Below are positions 9,573-18,935 of a DNA stretch of 38,907 nt, one piece after another (the first letter of the stretch is position 1; each line of letters begins with the position of its first letter). The notes under the pieces were generated by a model. That model ran no database searches, was not told where the DNA came from, and saw only the letters and a program-made list of their open reading frames with translations. Origin of the DNA: Burkholderiales bacterium (GTDB lineage Bacteria > Pseudomonadota > Gammaproteobacteria > Burkholderiales > JACQAP01); contig JBOIFZ010000124.1 in NCBI GenBank assembly GCA_050741735.1, positions 1-38,907 on the forward strand, read 5' to 3'. The position numbers were made by a program, and so were the translations under genes.

Positions 9573-12119
9573 TCACAGGGTCACGTCCACGGTTCCGAAC
9601 TGCGCCGCGCATTGGCGCAGCGCCCGCGCCATTTCTTCCCCGCTCTTAAAGCGCGCGGCCACGTCTTTGGCGAGCGCCTTGCTGATGATCGCCACCAGAC
9701 ACGCTGGAAGCGTCGGGTTTATGCCGAGTATGTCGGCAGGGGGCTCGTTGGCGATCTTGAACATCAACTGGGTCATCGAATCGCCCTGGAACGGCAAACT
9801 GCCGCAGGCAAGCTGATACAGCGTCACGCCCAGCGAAAACAGATCGGAATGGCCGTCGATCTTGTCGCCGGCCAGTTGTTCCGGCGACATGTACGAGGGG
9901 GTGCCCAGCACCATGCCGGTCTTGGTCTTGGACGAATCGGTGATGCGCGCGATGCCGAAGTCGGTGACCTTGACCGAATCGACCTGCGCGTCATACATGA
10001 TGTTGGCCGGCTTGATATCGCGATGAACCACGTTCTGCTGGTGTGCGTAGGCCAGGGCCTCGGCGACGCGCGCGACCACTGATAGCGTTTTCGGCAACGG
10101 CAGCAGGTTGCCCGGTTTGGTTTGCGGCACCAGGTCCTTGCCCTTGAGGAATTCCATGGCGATGTAGGCCAGGTCGTGCTCTTCGCCGGCGTCGTAGATG
10201 GTGACGATATTGGGATGGTTGAGCCGGCCGGCAGTCTCGGCTTCGCGGAAGAAGCGTTGCTTCACCTCTTCCAGCTCGTCGGCTTCGAACTCCTGGGACA
10301 GCGCCATGGTCTTGATCGCGACGATGCGGCCGATCTTCGGGTCCTTGCCCAGATAGACAACGCCCATCGCGCCCTTTCCGAGTTCCTTTTCCACCTGATA
10401 ACGGCCGAGCATCGGCTTTTCCACGCCGCCGCCCTCGAGGACCAGCGTGCTGGCGTTGGTGCGCCCGCCGCCGCTGCCAAGGATTACGGTCTCGGACATC
10501 TGCTTGGCGCGATTGAGCTTCTTATTCAGGTCGCGGAACTTCGGATTGTAGGTGGCCATGTTCTCGTACACCGCCTGGGCCTTGTTGAACTGGCGTTTGC
10601 GCTCGAAATCGAGCGCAAGGTTGTACAAGTTGTCCATCAGCTGGTCGTCGAGCGGCACCTTCTTGAACTTGTCGAAGGCCATGTCGAGCTGGCCCTGCCC
10701 CTGGAAAGCCAGGCCCAGCGTGCGGTTGGATTCCGCCGAATCGAGGTCCGACCTGGCCTTGCCGCGCTCGGTGGAGAGAAAGCGCTTGGTGGTGAGCAGG
10801 ACGTGGCCGATCACCAGCAGCACCGCCGAGGCCATCAGCTGGATCCACATCAGCTGGCCCGCCATCAGCACGAAATGCGCGGCAAACAGCGCCGCAAGCA
10901 GCACCGCGCTCACGGTGAAACCCATGCCTGCCTTGAGCCGCGGCAGCAGCAGAATCAGATACAACGCGACCAGCAGGAATGCCGCCTTTTCGACCCAGAT
11001 ACCCCAGGCGGGCGCGACAAAGAAATCCTCCTCGAGAATGCTGGACACCGAGTGCGCCAGAGTCACAACCGGTGCCATTCCAGGCGAAATCGGCGTCACC
11101 TGGTAGGTCCCGATGCCGGCCGCGGTGGCGCCAATCAACACGACTTTGTCCCGGTATTTCTCCGCCGGGAACTTTCCCGAGATCACGTCGTAAAAGGAAT
11201 CCAGCGGAAATGCCGGTTTGCCGTCCCTGTCCTTGTAGAAATAGGTGTACATCTGCAGATAGGGATCGGTATTGATCGTCAGGTTCCCCAACTTCACCCC
11301 TTCGCCCAGCCGCAGTTCGACGTCTGCCGGTCCCAGATTCAGGCTTGTGGCGACGAGAACCAGCGAAAACGACGGGAAATACTGATCGTAGTAGCGCACC
11401 ACCAATGGTTCGGTGCGCGTGCTGCCGTCTACATCCGGAAGCGCGTTAAGGTGGCCGACCGCTGCGGCACCGGCTGCGATTTCTTCGAGCGGCGCACTCG
11501 CCTGCAGCGTCGGCGCCGGGAAAATGTTCCTGTCGCCCGCGCCGATGCGGTCGCTCACTTTGGTGATCTGATTCTTCAGAATGTAATCGGCGAGCGGATG
11601 GTCGGGATTGCCGCGCGGTTCGCCTATGGTAAAAAGCGTCGGCAACGCCACATTGCCGGCCTGCGCCACCGCGGCGGCAAGCTTGCGGTCGCTGTTGAGC
11701 GCATCGTCCGCCTCAGCCAGCACCGACGCGAAATCGGCAAGGTTCTGCTGCTGCGCGGGCGGGAGCGCCTGGTAGAGCTCCGCGAGTTTGTGAATATAGA
11801 CGAGCCCGGGATCCACCTGCGGCTCGAAAAAAAAGGAGGCATAGCCAACTACCTTCGCTCCGGCCTGTTTGAGATTGCCGATCATCTTCGCGTGGATCTC
11901 ACGCGGCCAAGGCCATCGCCCGATGTTGGCGATGCTTCGATCGTCGATGGCGATGACCGCAACGCGCTGCGACGGGGCGTGGCTGGAGGCCCGCACGCCG
12001 AGGTCGTAGGCCTGACGTTCGAGACTTTGAATGAGATCGCTGCCGGACGCGACCAACAAAACGACGGCAATGACCAATCCGAGGAACCAATCGGCTTTCC
12101 AGAAAGCCGTCTTCTTCAT
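9573..12119 (-). CDS. CHASE2 sensor domain-containing Hanks-type Ser/Thr protein kinase
   Basis: The N-terminal CHASE2 region (VIAIDDRSIANIGRWPWPRE) is followed by a TM block and a TPR-like segment. The C-terminal kinase has GKGAMGVVYLG, AIK, HRDIKPANIM, DFGIAR and GTPSYMSPE. I take the ATG at 12119 as the start; an upstream in-frame GTG at 12128 is also possible. Confidence 0.9.
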   Translation of the reverse strand: MKKTAFWKADWFLGLVIAVVLLVASGSDLIQSLERQAYDLGVRASSHAPSQRVAVIAIDDRSIANIGRWPWPREIHAKMIGNLKQAGAKVVGYASFFFEPQVDPGLVYIHKLAELYQALPPAQQQNLADFASVLAEADDALNSDRKLAAAVAQAGNVALPTLFTIGEPRGNPDHPLADYILKNQITKVSDRIGAGDRNIFPAPTLQASAPLEEIAAGAAAVGHLNALPDVDGSTRTEPLVVRYYDQYFPSFSLVLVATSLNLGPADVELRLGEGVKLGNLTINTDPYLQMYTYFYKDRDGKPAFPLDSFYDVISGKFPAEKYRDKVVLIGATAAGIGTYQVTPISPGMAPVVTLAHSVSSILEEDFFVAPAWGIWVEKAAFLLVALYLILLLPRLKAGMGFTVSAVLLAALFAAHFVLMAGQLMWIQLMASAVLLVIGHVLLTTKRFLSTERGKARSDLDSAESNRTLGLAFQGQGQLDMAFDKFKKVPLDDQLMDNLYNLALDFERKRQFNKAQAVYENMATYNPKFRDLNKKLNRAKQMSETVILGSGGGRTNASTLVLEGGGVEKPMLGRYQVEKELGKGAMGVVYLGKDPKIGRIVAIKTMALSQEFEADELEEVKQRFFREAETAGRLNHPNIVTIYDAGEEHDLAYIAMEFLKGKDLVPQTKPGNLLPLPKTLSVVARVAEALAYAHQQNVVHRDIKPANIMYDAQVDSVKVTDFGIARITDSSKTKTGMVLGTPSYMSPEQLAGDKIDGHSDLFSLGVTLYQLACGSLPFQGDSMTQLMFKIANEPPADILGINPTLPACLVAIISKALAKDVAARFKSGEEMARALRQCAAQFGTVDVTL

Positions 12120-12306
12120 GCCACCCACCCTGTTGGATGCCTGAAGGCTTTGATTTCTAATTAGTTAAACGCTAGAGCTAGAGATTTTACGATATTCCCG
12201 TCAAAAGTATATGATTTTTTTCAATACTAATCTTCCAGGGAAGGCCTCGACGCGAGCGTCTCAAGACCAACCTGGGGCGGCAGGCCGGGCATCTGGCGAG
12301 ACCACG

Positions 12307-12489
12307 TCACATCCCCTCGGCGATGATTACGCTTCTTATCGCAGTGCGCTGGCGGATCTTTTTTGCGGCCGCGTACTGAGGCGCGCCCCACCACGCGCGC
12401 GCCTTCTCTACGTTGTCGAACTCGAGTACCACCATACGCTCGGGATGCCACTCGCCTTCCAGTACATCGGTCCCGCCGCCGCGTGCCGG
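12307..12489 (-). pseudogene. DUF1330-family gene remnant (C-terminal ~55 codons only)
   Basis: The frame reads ...ARGGGTDVLEGEWHPERMVVLEFDNVEKARAWWGAPQYAAAKKIRQRTAIRSVIIAEGM*. This matches the C-terminal half of DUF1330 proteins (LEG.W...R.VV.EF.S.E.A..WY.SPEY). There is no matching N-terminal half and no start codon. Confidence 0.6.
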
Positions 12490-12652
12490 GAAACGCGAAA
12501 GGGACGAGCAGGAAGGCCGGTTGCGGGTAATAAGCGATCGCGATGGCGGTGAACGCCACCGCATGCAAAGTGTGTCCGGAAGGAAAACTGAACTGATCGA
12601 GCGGGCGGGCGTTGCAGGTGATCGCCCGGTTCACTAGGTAGGGTCTGGGCCG
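12485..12652 (-). pseudogene. PAP2-family phosphatase remnant (central fragment only)
   Basis: The frame reads RPRPYLVNRAITCNARPLDQFSFPSGHTLHAVAFTAIAIAYYPQPAFLLVPFAF. It carries the PAP2 C1 end (RP) and the C2 motif (PSGH), but the C3 motif (SRxxxxxHxxxD) is absent. An in-frame stop lies immediately 5' (12653-12655). The 3' end runs, in a different frame, into the DUF1330 remnant. Confidence 0.6.
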
Positions 12653-12706
12653 CTAGGTCTTGGCCTTCAACCACCGGTACAGCATCGTGCCGGCTACGAC
12701 GCGGGA

Positions 12707-13090
12707 TCAGCCGAACAGCACCAACATCCAGACCACCACAACGTTGATCAGGGAAAACAGCACCGCGGCGCTGCCGATGTCCTTAGCGCGTTTGGCGAGC
12801 CGATGCTGCTCGAGCGATACCCGGTCCACCGTCGCCTCCACCGCGGAGTTCAGCAGCTCGACGATCAGCACCACCAGCACCGAGGCGATCATCAGCGCCT
12901 TGCCCGTGCCGGGCGCTGGAAGTAACAGCGCCAGCGGGATGAGGACCACCGCGAGCCACACTTCCTGGCGGAACGCGTCTTCGTGCCGGTACGCCGCCTT
13001 GAGGCCGTCAAACGAATAGAACAGCGCATTGAAGATGCGCCGCAATCCGGTCTTGCCTTTGTGCGGGCTTTCTATCTGTCCGGAGTCCAT
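12707..13090 (-). CDS. dgkA: Diacylglycerol kinase (DgkA family)
   Basis: 127-aa ORF with three TM segments. [29 protein letters not shown] parallels the E. coli DgkA N-terminus (GYSWKGLRAAWINEAAFRQE). It overlaps the gcvPB stop by 19 nt. Confidence 0.85.
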   Translation of the reverse strand: MDSGQIESPHKGKTGLRRIFNALFYSFDGLKAAYRHEDAFRQEVWLAVVLIPLALLLPAPGTGKALMIASVLVVLIVELLNSAVEATVDRVSLEQHRLAKRAKDIGSAAVLFSLINVVVVWMLVLFG

Positions 13091-14520
13091 TTGAGGTCGA
13101 GTTCGCGCGCGGCCTTGACGTCGTCGAGACGGCGCACCGGAGTGGTGTGCGGCGCGGATTTGACGAGGTCCGGATCACTGTGTGCCTCGTCGAGGATTTC
13201 CTTCATCGCTGCGACAAAGGCGTCCAGCGTTTCCCTGGATTCGGTCTCGGTCGGTTCGATCAGCAGGCATTCCGGGACCAGCATAGGAAAGTACGTGGTC
13301 GGGGCGTGGAAGCCCTTGTCGAGCAGGCGTTTGGCCACGTCCATCGCCGTGACGCCGGTTTTCTCCTTCAGACCCTTCAGGGTGATGATGAACTCGTGGC
13401 TGGCGCGACGCGAGTCGAATGCCACGTCGAAACCGGCCTGGCGCAATTGCACCATGAGGTAATTGGCGTTCAACGTGGCAAACTCCGCCACCCGCCGCAT
13501 GCCATCGCGCCCGAGCATGCGCGCATACACGTAGGCGCGCAGCAGCACCCCGGCGTTGCCGCCAAACGCAGACATGCGGCCGATCGACTGCGGTCGATCC
13601 TGCTCCGAAAGCCAGCGGAAACGCTCGCCCTCCTTCGCAATGATCGGAAGCGGCAGGAAGGGCAACAGCCGCCGTGCGACGCCCACAGGCCCCGCTCCCG
13701 GACCGCCGCCGCCATGCGGCGTGGCGAAAGTCTTGTGCAGGTTCATGTGGATCACGTCAAAACCCATGTCGCCGGGCTTCACCTTGCCGAGTATCGCGTT
13801 CAGATTGGCACCGTCGTAGTAGAGCAACCCGCCCGCGCCATGCACGATGTCACGGATGTTCTCGATGGTGCGCTCGAATACGCCCAGCGTGGAAGGGTTG
13901 GTGAGCATCAGTCCCGCCGTCTGCGGCCCGACCGCGGCGGTCAGTGCTTTGAGGTCGACGTTGCCTTCGCGGTCAGTCGGCACTTCGGCCACCGTATAGC
14001 CGCACATGGTCGCGGTGGCTGGGTTGGTGCCGTGAGCAGCGTCCGGAACGATGATTTCGCTGCGGGCGTCGTCACCGCGCGCGCGGTGATAGGCGCGGAT
14101 CATCGCGACGCCGGCGAATTCGCCCTGCGCACCGGCCATCGGCGCCAGGCTTACCCCCTCCATTCCGGTCACTTCCAGCAGGATCTCCTGCAATTCGTGC
14201 ATGCAGCCAAGATAGCCCTGGCCGGTCTCCTCCGGCGCAAGCGGATGACGCGCCAGGAATTCCGGCAACATCGCCAGCGCGTTGCATGACCGCGGGTTGT
14301 ACTTCATGGTGCAGGAACCAAGCGGGTAAAAATGGGTGTCGATGGAGAAGTTTCTTTGTGACAGGCGGGTGTAGTGGCGCAGAGCATCCAATTCGGATAC
14401 TTCCGGCAGTCGCGGCAATTCGCTTCGCAGCAACTCCGCAGGCAGGTCCGCGACGATTGCCGTCGGCGGCGCCTGCGCGTGGGCGCGGCGTCCGTGTCTG
14501 GACTGATCGAAGACGAGCAT
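13072..14520 (-). CDS. gcvPB: Glycine dehydrogenase (decarboxylating) subunit 2 (P-protein beta)
   Basis: From the ATG at 14520 the product begins [14 protein letters not shown], which matches typical GcvPB N-termini. The PLP region reads [16 protein letters not shown]. The ORF track extends to a TTG at 14538. Confidence 0.9.
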   Translation of the reverse strand: MLVFDQSRHGRRAHAQAPPTAIVADLPAELLRSELPRLPEVSELDALRHYTRLSQRNFSIDTHFYPLGSCTMKYNPRSCNALAMLPEFLARHPLAPEETGQGYLGCMHELQEILLEVTGMEGVSLAPMAGAQGEFAGVAMIRAYHRARGDDARSEIIVPDAAHGTNPATATMCGYTVAEVPTDREGNVDLKALTAAVGPQTAGLMLTNPSTLGVFERTIENIRDIVHGAGGLLYYDGANLNAILGKVKPGDMGFDVIHMNLHKTFATPHGGGGPGAGPVGVARRLLPFLPLPIIAKEGERFRWLSEQDRPQSIGRMSAFGGNAGVLLRAYVYARMLGRDGMRRVAEFATLNANYLMVQLRQAGFDVAFDSRRASHEFIITLKGLKEKTGVTAMDVAKRLLDKGFHAPTTYFPMLVPECLLIEPTETESRETLDAFVAAMKEILDEAHSDPDLVKSAPHTTPVRRLDDVKAARELDLKWTPDR

Positions 14521-14596
14521 GCTGTTCGGGATCGGCAATTCGGGCGCGGTTCATACGCGCACAGAAGCGCGCGGCCGGCTGTTGTCCGTTACCACA

Positions 14597-15097
14597 TTAT
14601 TTCAGCGCCGCCAGCGCCGCGTCGTAATTCGGCTCGTTGGCGATCTCCGGCACCAGCTCGGAGTGCAGCACCTTGTTGTTCTCGTCGAGCACCACCACCG
14701 CCCGCGCCGTCAACCCCTTGAGCGGGCCGTCGGCGATGTCCACGCCGTACTTGCTGTGAAAATCCCTGCCGCGAAATGTGGACAGCGTCACCACGTTGTT
14801 GAGCCCCTCGGCGCTGCAGAAGCGCGCCATCGCGAACGGCAGATCCGCCGAGATCACCAGCACCACTGCGTTATTCATCCCCGAAGCCTTCTGGTTGAAC
14901 ACGCGCGTGGACTGCGCGCAGGTCGGCGTGTCCAGGCTCGGCACGATGTTCAGCACTTTGCGTTTCCCCGCGTAGATTCTCAGCGACACATCGGCAAGGT
15001 CTTTGCCGGTCAGGCTGAAATCGGGCACGGCGTCGCCTTTCTTTGGCAGATTGCCGGCCACGGCGACGGGATTGCCTTTGAGCGTTACGGTTGCCAT
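14597..15097 (-). CDS. tpx: Thiol peroxidase (Tpx, atypical 2-Cys peroxiredoxin)
   Basis: The last 166 codons of the 382-aa track ORF read [29 protein letters not shown]...[15 protein letters not shown]...FCSAEG. A GGAGA SD precedes the ATG at 15097. Confidence 0.9.
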   Translation of the reverse strand: MATVTLKGNPVAVAGNLPKKGDAVPDFSLTGKDLADVSLRIYAGKRKVLNIVPSLDTPTCAQSTRVFNQKASGMNNAVVLVISADLPFAMARFCSAEGLNNVVTLSTFRGRDFHSKYGVDIADGPLKGLTARAVVVLDENNKVLHSELVPEIANEPNYDAALAALK

Positions 15098-15144
15098 CTG
15101 ACTCTCCTCAAATAAATCCTGATCGTGAATTGTGCAACCCAATG

Positions 15145-16500
15145 TCAACCGCCTGTCGCCGCGGCAAGCGCCGCGACGTAGGCATCGAGATCGGCTTCGG
15201 TCTTGGTCTCGGTGGCACAGACCAGCAGCGCTGCCCCGAGTTCCGGGTAATCGCGGGAAACATCGTGGCCGCCAAGGATACCGCGGGAGCGCATATTCAC
15301 GAGCACCCCATCGGCCGGCCGCGGCAGCCGGATCACCGCCTCGTGGAAAACCGGCGCGCTGAAAACCCGCTGCACGCCGGGGATACGTGTCACCTTCTCC
15401 AGCAGCAACCGGGAATTGGCATGCGATTGCGCAGCCACGTTCTTCAGCCCCTGGGCGCCGAGCATCGCCAGGTAGATCGTCGCGGCTGTGACCGCCAGGC
15501 CCTGATTGGTGCAGATGTTCGACGTGGCTTTGGAGCGGCGGATATGCTGTTCGCGCGCCTGCAGCGTCAGGGTGTATCCGCGCCGTCCTTCGACATCGAC
15601 CGTAGCGCCGACGATGCGGCCGGGCATCTGCCGCACCAGTGCCTGCTTGCACGCCATGAATCCGAAGTAGGGTCCGCCGTTGGCGAGCGGCACGCCCAGC
15701 GGCTGGCCTTCTCCGACCGCGATGTCGGCGCCGTGGCTGCCCCACTCGCCGGGAGATTTCAGCAACGCCAGAGCAGTCGGGTTGACGCAGGCAACGGTCA
15801 ATGCGCCGCGCGCGTGCGCCCAGTCGGTCAAGGCATCCACCGTTTCGAGCACACCGAAGAAGTTCGGCTGCGCAACCACCAGCGCCGCGAAGTCCGCCTT
15901 GCCCAGTGACTCCAGCGTTTCAATGGACACGCGGCCATCCGTCGCGGAGTATGGCACTTCGACCAGTTCGATGCGCTGATTGGAAACGATGCTGGCGACG
16001 ACGCGCCGGTAGGCCGGATTGACGCCGGCGGGAATCAGCACGCGCCGCGCCGACTTGTGCAGGCGCACCGCCATCAGCACCGCCTCGGCAAGCGCGGAAG
16101 CGCCGTCGTAGAGGCTGGCGTTGGCGGCATCGAGCCCGGTGAGCGACGCCATCATGCTCTGGTACTCGTAGAGCAATTGCAGCGTGCCCTGGCTCGCCTC
16201 CGCCTGATACGGCGTATACGCCGAATAAAACTCCCCTCGGGTGGCAATCTGCCAGACCGCGGCGGGAATGTGATGTTCATAGGCACCGGCACCGATGAAG
16301 TTGAGCATCGGCCGGTCCTGGCGCGCTCGTTCATGCATCAGGCGCGTGACCTGCATTTCGTTCATGCCTACAGGGATGCCCGCCAGCCCGTCGCTCTTGA
16401 GGCTTTGTGGAATCTCGTCGAACAGTTGGTCGATTGTCGAAACGCCAACCGCCGCGCACATGGCGCGGATGTCTTCCTCGGTGTGGGGAATGAAGGGCAT
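15145..16500 (-). CDS. gcvPA: Glycine dehydrogenase (decarboxylating) subunit 1 (P-protein alpha)
   Basis: 451-aa ORF beginning [14 protein letters not shown]... and containing [22 protein letters not shown], which is typical of GcvPA. Confidence 0.9.
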   Translation of the reverse strand: MPFIPHTEEDIRAMCAAVGVSTIDQLFDEIPQSLKSDGLAGIPVGMNEMQVTRLMHERARQDRPMLNFIGAGAYEHHIPAAVWQIATRGEFYSAYTPYQAEASQGTLQLLYEYQSMMASLTGLDAANASLYDGASALAEAVLMAVRLHKSARRVLIPAGVNPAYRRVVASIVSNQRIELVEVPYSATDGRVSIETLESLGKADFAALVVAQPNFFGVLETVDALTDWAHARGALTVACVNPTALALLKSPGEWGSHGADIAVGEGQPLGVPLANGGPYFGFMACKQALVRQMPGRIVGATVDVEGRRGYTLTLQAREQHIRRSKATSNICTNQGLAVTAATIYLAMLGAQGLKNVAAQSHANSRLLLEKVTRIPGVQRVFSAPVFHEAVIRLPRPADGVLVNMRSRGILGGHDVSRDYPELGAALLVCATETKTEADLDAYVAALAAATGG

Positions 16501-16509
16501 GTCAGTTCC

Positions 16510-16594
16510 GTGACGAGTGACGAGAATTAGGAGGGTCTTCTTCCGTTTCGGTTCCTTGGTTTTATCGCCTCACGCCTCACGCCTCTCGCCTCAC
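16510..16594. repeat. Intergenic element with tandem heptamer arms (2x GTGACGA ... 4x CGCCTCA/T)
   Basis: GTGACGAGTGACGA lies at 16510-16523. CGCCTCA CGCCTCA CGCCTCT CGCCTCA lies at 16567-16594. The two arms are imperfect reverse complements (GTGACGA versus TGAGGCG). The element fills the gcvH-gcvPA spacer. Confidence 0.6.
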
Positions 16595-16596
16595 CT

Positions 16597-16986
16597 TCAA
16601 TGCGCTTCCGCCTCGACCAGCTTCTGATAACCCGCCGCGTCCAGCAACGCTTCCAGTTCGGCCGGGTTGCTGGGCTTGAGACGGAACATCCAGGCGTCGT
16701 ACGCGCCCTCATTGATTTTCTCCGGCGCGGTTTCGAGATCGCCGTTTACCGCCACGACCTCCCCGGAAATCGGTGAGTAGATGTCGGAGGCGGCTTTCAC
16801 CGATTCGACCACCCCGCATTCCTCGCCTTTCTTAAGCTTGCGGCCCAGCGCCGGATTTTCCACGAACACCAGGTCGCCCAGAAGGTCCTGTGCGTGATGC
16901 GTAATGCCGACCGCCACGGTCCCGTCGGCCTCAGGCCGCGCCCATTCGTGGCTGTCGGTGTATTTCAGATTTGCAGGAATCGACAT
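16597..16986 (-). CDS. gcvH: Glycine cleavage system H protein
   Basis: 129-aa [14 protein letters not shown] and the lipoyl-lysine context [20 protein letters not shown] are present. Confidence 0.93.
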   Translation of the reverse strand: MSIPANLKYTDSHEWARPEADGTVAVGITHHAQDLLGDLVFVENPALGRKLKKGEECGVVESVKAASDIYSPISGEVVAVNGDLETAPEKINEGAYDAWMFRLKPSNPAELEALLDAAGYQKLVEAEAH

Positions 16987-17001
16987 GAATGCTCCAGATT
17001 T

Positions 17002-18105
17002 TCAACGGATCGAAGAAGAAAGGCCGGCGACCAGGCTGCGTCCGTTCCGCACGAAGGGATATTTTACCGTTCTAGCCGGCAGCCACTTGTCGCGGATCTT
17101 CACTTTCGCCGATTCCCCGGCTTGCACGCCGATCGGCATACGCGCCAGCGCGATCGAAGTATCCAGCGTGGGCGAGAAGCTGCCGCTGGTAATCTCTCCG
17201 CGACCATTGCGCGTCTCGACTTCCTGATGTGCGCGCAGCACCCCGCGCTCGAGCAGCACCAGGCCAAGCATCTGCGCACGCGGTGGCGCGGCAAGCAGTG
17301 CCGCCTTGCCGACAAAGTCGCGCGGGTTTTCCAGGTCTACAGTCCATTTCAGGCCGCACTCCAGCGGGGTCACGGTTTCATCCATGTCCTGGCCGTAAAG
17401 GTTCATCCCCGCCTCCAGGCGCAGCGTATCGCGCGCGCCCAGGCCCGCCGGGCCCACGCCGGCATCGAGCAGCGCCCGCCACAGGCGTGGCGCTTCAGCG
17501 GCCGGCAGCATGATCTCGAACCCGTCTTCGCCGGTGTAGCCGGTGCGGCCGAAGAAAAACGCGCCCCACTCCGCGGCAAAGAATGGTCCAAGCGCGTCGG
17601 TCGCCGGTTTCGATTGCGGCAGCGCCTGCCACACTTTCGCGCGTGCCCGCGGCCCCTGCACCGCGATCATCGCCAGATCCCGCCGCGGCGTGATCGTCAC
17701 GGCGGCCGCGGCGCGCGCCCTTTGCGAAGACATCCAAGCAAGGTCCTTGTCCGCGGTAGCGGCGTTGACCACCACGCGAAAGCGTCGCGGGTCCAGAAAG
17801 TACACGATCAGATCGTCGAGAATGCCGCCCGAATCGTTGAGCATGCATGAGTAAAGCGCTTTGCCCGGGATCTGCAGACGATCCACGTTGTTGGCGAGCA
17901 GCCGCATCAGGAACGTGCGGGCGCCTTCGCCATCCACGTCCACCGCCAGCATGTGCGAGACGTCGAACATGCCGGCGTCCTTGCGCACCCTGTGGTGCTC
18001 GTCGATCTGCGAGCCGTAGTGCAGCGGCATCTCCCAGCCGCCGAAGTCCACCAGCCTGGCGTTGAGCGCGCGATGGGCCGCGTTGAGCGGAGTCTGCTTC
18101 AGCAT
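17002..18105 (-). CDS. gcvT: Glycine cleavage system aminomethyltransferase T protein
   Basis: From the ATG at 18105 the product begins [41 protein letters not shown], a classic GcvT N-terminus. The track ORF has 16 extra upstream codons that overlap the preceding gene. Confidence 0.9.
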   Translation of the reverse strand: MLKQTPLNAAHRALNARLVDFGGWEMPLHYGSQIDEHHRVRKDAGMFDVSHMLAVDVDGEGARTFLMRLLANNVDRLQIPGKALYSCMLNDSGGILDDLIVYFLDPRRFRVVVNAATADKDLAWMSSQRARAAAAVTITPRRDLAMIAVQGPRARAKVWQALPQSKPATDALGPFFAAEWGAFFFGRTGYTGEDGFEIMLPAAEAPRLWRALLDAGVGPAGLGARDTLRLEAGMNLYGQDMDETVTPLECGLKWTVDLENPRDFVGKAALLAAPPRAQMLGLVLLERGVLRAHQEVETRNGRGEITSGSFSPTLDTSIALARMPIGVQAGESAKVKIRDKWLPARTVKYPFVRNGRSLVAGLSSSIR

Positions 18106-18115
18106 CGCGCGCTGC

Positions 18116-18925
18116 TCAGGGATACAACAGGTAAAGACGGTAACCGGCAGCACGCAGCTCGCCGGTGTCCAGAAACAGCCGTATCGGCAGCTCTGCCCCC
18201 GCTTTCAGTCCATCGGCTGCGTCAGTCCACTGCAGGTACTCCGCCGGAAGAAAAATGCGGCGCGCGATGGTCTGATCCTGCGAGTTGGTCAGCGTCAGCT
18301 CGAACGCCGGATAGTCCTGCTCCACCGGCGCACGATTGCGCACCGCGACCATCAGCTCGATTTCGCTGGGGCGGGCCGAATCCGGCGCCTTCAAATCCGA
18401 AGCCTCGATATGCAAGAAACGCGACAGCCGCGGCAGCGCCACGGTGCAGTCCAACCATTCACACGCCCGCTCGTAGTACTTCCGGGACTGCGGAACCAGC
18501 ACCATCAGCTCGGTGCGAAACGCGTACGCCGCCTGAAGGGCGAGCAGGGCGAGCAGCAGCAGCGACAGGCTCACCCAAAGGCTGGTGCGGCGCGGCGCTT
18601 CCGGCATCCTGAATTCCCATTCATACAGGCTCGCGGCCGGATCCGGCCGCGACGCAGCCGCCGGCCTTACCTTCGGCCGCACCGGAATTCGCGTTGGCGC
18701 TGATTTTTCGAGGGGCGGCGCTACCGGCGGCAAATCGGATTGCGCTGGGGACGGCGTTTCGCGTTCCGGCGCGGCCGGCTGAGGCTCTTGGGCAGTGAGC
18801 GTCGCGAAGGCATCGAACACCTGCCTGCATTGGCCGCAGCGCACCTGGCCACTGGAAGCTTGCAGTTGCTGGGTGGTTACCCGGAAAGCAGTCCCACAGT
18901 GTAGGCAACGCGTGTACAGGTTCAT
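18116..18925 (-). CDS. Zinc-ribbon (MJ0042-type) plus DUF3426 family membrane protein
   Basis: From the ATG at 18925 the product begins [39 protein letters not shown] (CxxC...CxxC). A Pro/Ala-rich linker, one TM helix and a DUF3426-like C-terminal domain follow. Its conserved position is after prmA. Confidence 0.75.
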   Translation of the reverse strand: MNLYTRCLHCGTAFRVTTQQLQASSGQVRCGQCRQVFDAFATLTAQEPQPAAPERETPSPAQSDLPPVAPPLEKSAPTRIPVRPKVRPAAASRPDPAASLYEWEFRMPEAPRRTSLWVSLSLLLLALLALQAAYAFRTELMVLVPQSRKYYERACEWLDCTVALPRLSRFLHIEASDLKAPDSARPSEIELMVAVRNRAPVEQDYPAFELTLTNSQDQTIARRIFLPAEYLQWTDAADGLKAGAELPIRLFLDTGELRAAGYRLYLLYP

Positions 18926-18935
18926 GACATCCGCT

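Noticed and set aside
10122-12164. 680-aa plus-strand ORF opposite the CHASE2 kinase.
   Set aside because: It is a shadow frame of a gene with unambiguous kinase and CHASE2 motifs. No motifs are present, and Arg, His and Gln are heavily over-represented.
12211-12552. 113-aa plus-strand ORF in the scar region.
   Set aside because: It has no motif, starts inside the AT-rich block and runs antisense to the DUF1330 remnant, whose homology is clear on the other strand.
15098-15745. The N-terminal 216 codons of the 382-aa track ORF that ends as tpx.
   Set aside because: Only the last 166 codons are Tpx, with their own SD and ATG at 15097. The upstream part overlaps gcvPA out of frame and is Arg/Pro/Gly-rich.
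16567-16594. Tandem CGCCTCA repeats as a possible CRISPR or minisatellite.
   Set aside because: The units are 7 nt and directly abutting with no spacers, there are only four copies, and no cas genes are present. They are reported instead as part of an inverted-arm intergenic element.
18106-18153. An expected glycine riboswitch upstream of gcvT, and the longer gcvT start at 18153.
   Set aside because: Only about 10 nt separate the preceding gene's stop (18116) from the gcvT ATG (18105), so there is no room for the ~100-200-nt tandem riboswitch. The longer start adds non-homologous residues and overlaps the upstream gene. Any riboswitch would have to lie further upstream of the whole operon.
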